Assembly (NCBI GenBank): GCA_036172245.1
Contig: JAYWIR010000006.1
Coordinates: 1,674,001 to 1,738,000, forward strand
Direction of reading: 5' to 3'
Length of the DNA: 64,000 nucleotides
DNA from: Raillietiella orientalis
Lineage: Eukaryota
Each line of letters opens with the position of its first letter. The stretch's first letter is position 1. Position numbers and translations under genes: made by a program. Of this stretch, positions 63,331-64,000 are shown piece by piece. The notes under the pieces were generated by a model. It did no database searches. It had not been told where the DNA came from and was given only the letters and a program-made list of their open reading frames with translations.

Positions 63331-64000
63331 GAGGGCGCCTGTCCAGACGCCCGCGCCCGCGGGCGAGGCTGCGTTTCGGTATCGCCAGCTGCGGAACAGC
63401 AGCGCGAGGGGTCTTCCTGTGGTCTGACTGCCCGTGTCCGGGATGTTCGTCGAAAGGGAGGGGGGGGGGGAGGAGGAGGAAGAGCACGGCGAAGGTCGCG
63501 TGTCCGCGCACAGGTTCACCCGACGCCGTTCCACGGGTCACGACACCGCGCCCGCCGACCTAAAACCTGCGCGATCTCGTGCTGCTCGCAAAAACCGCGC
63601 GCTCGATGAGCACAGCTGGGGGGCAGTTCTTCTCGGAGACACGAAGTTCCAGGTGGAGGCAGTTCGAGCCCCTCCCTCGTAGCGTCACTCTCCGCGGGAG
63701 AGGAGAGCATCATCATCACCTGCATCCGTCTCGCTGATCCGATCTCGGGAGGATCGTCGCCGCGCACCGGCCCCCGCGCCTCACGCGGAGGCAAGCAGGA
63801 GGCTGGAAGCAGAACCAGGAAGGAGGGAGGATTCCTCCCATCCCCTCTGCTCTTCAATGCGCGTCCGACTGAAAGACGAAACTCCGGACGACGGTGCGGT
63901 GCGGCTGCCGGAACGAACGGGAAGCGCTCCCAGCAGAGAGCTCTCCTCATTTCCACGAGCAGGACAGGTTGCCGAGGCGACAGGAAGAAGGAGGAAGCGC

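Noticed and set aside
1..64000. CRISPR array, operon or other prokaryotic system
   Set aside because: No regularly spaced repeats and no dense intron-free genes; the DNA has spliceosomal introns and is eukaryotic.

Overview
Eukaryotic (invertebrate animal, probably arthropod) genomic DNA. It is mostly GC-rich with many poly-G, poly-A and GA-rich tracts, plus a few AT-richer islands. Two host genes are supported. (1) A complete minus-strand SoxC-group HMG-box transcription factor: coding exons 15003-14791 and 14222-12975 (about 486 aa), a probable 5'UTR exon, a CRE/GC-box/CCAAT promoter near 15.9 kb and an AATAAA at 12029-12024. (2) The first two coding exons of a plus-strand HUNK-like AMPK-related Ser/Thr kinase (58741-58881, 58987-59115), which appears to continue beyond the window. 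Most of the remainder looks like a graveyard of heavily decayed L1/Tx1-type non-LTR retrotransposon fragments (ORF1/zinc knuckle, APE endonuclease, RT, C-terminal CCHC). These were recognised by eye from frameshifted motifs, so boundaries are approximate. Two patterns stand out. ORF1 and APE (5') fragments far outnumber 3' ends, and fragments repeatedly sit as closely spaced inverted pairs, one with a 180-bp perfectly identical core. Most long ORFs in the supplied track are high-GC or low-complexity artefacts.
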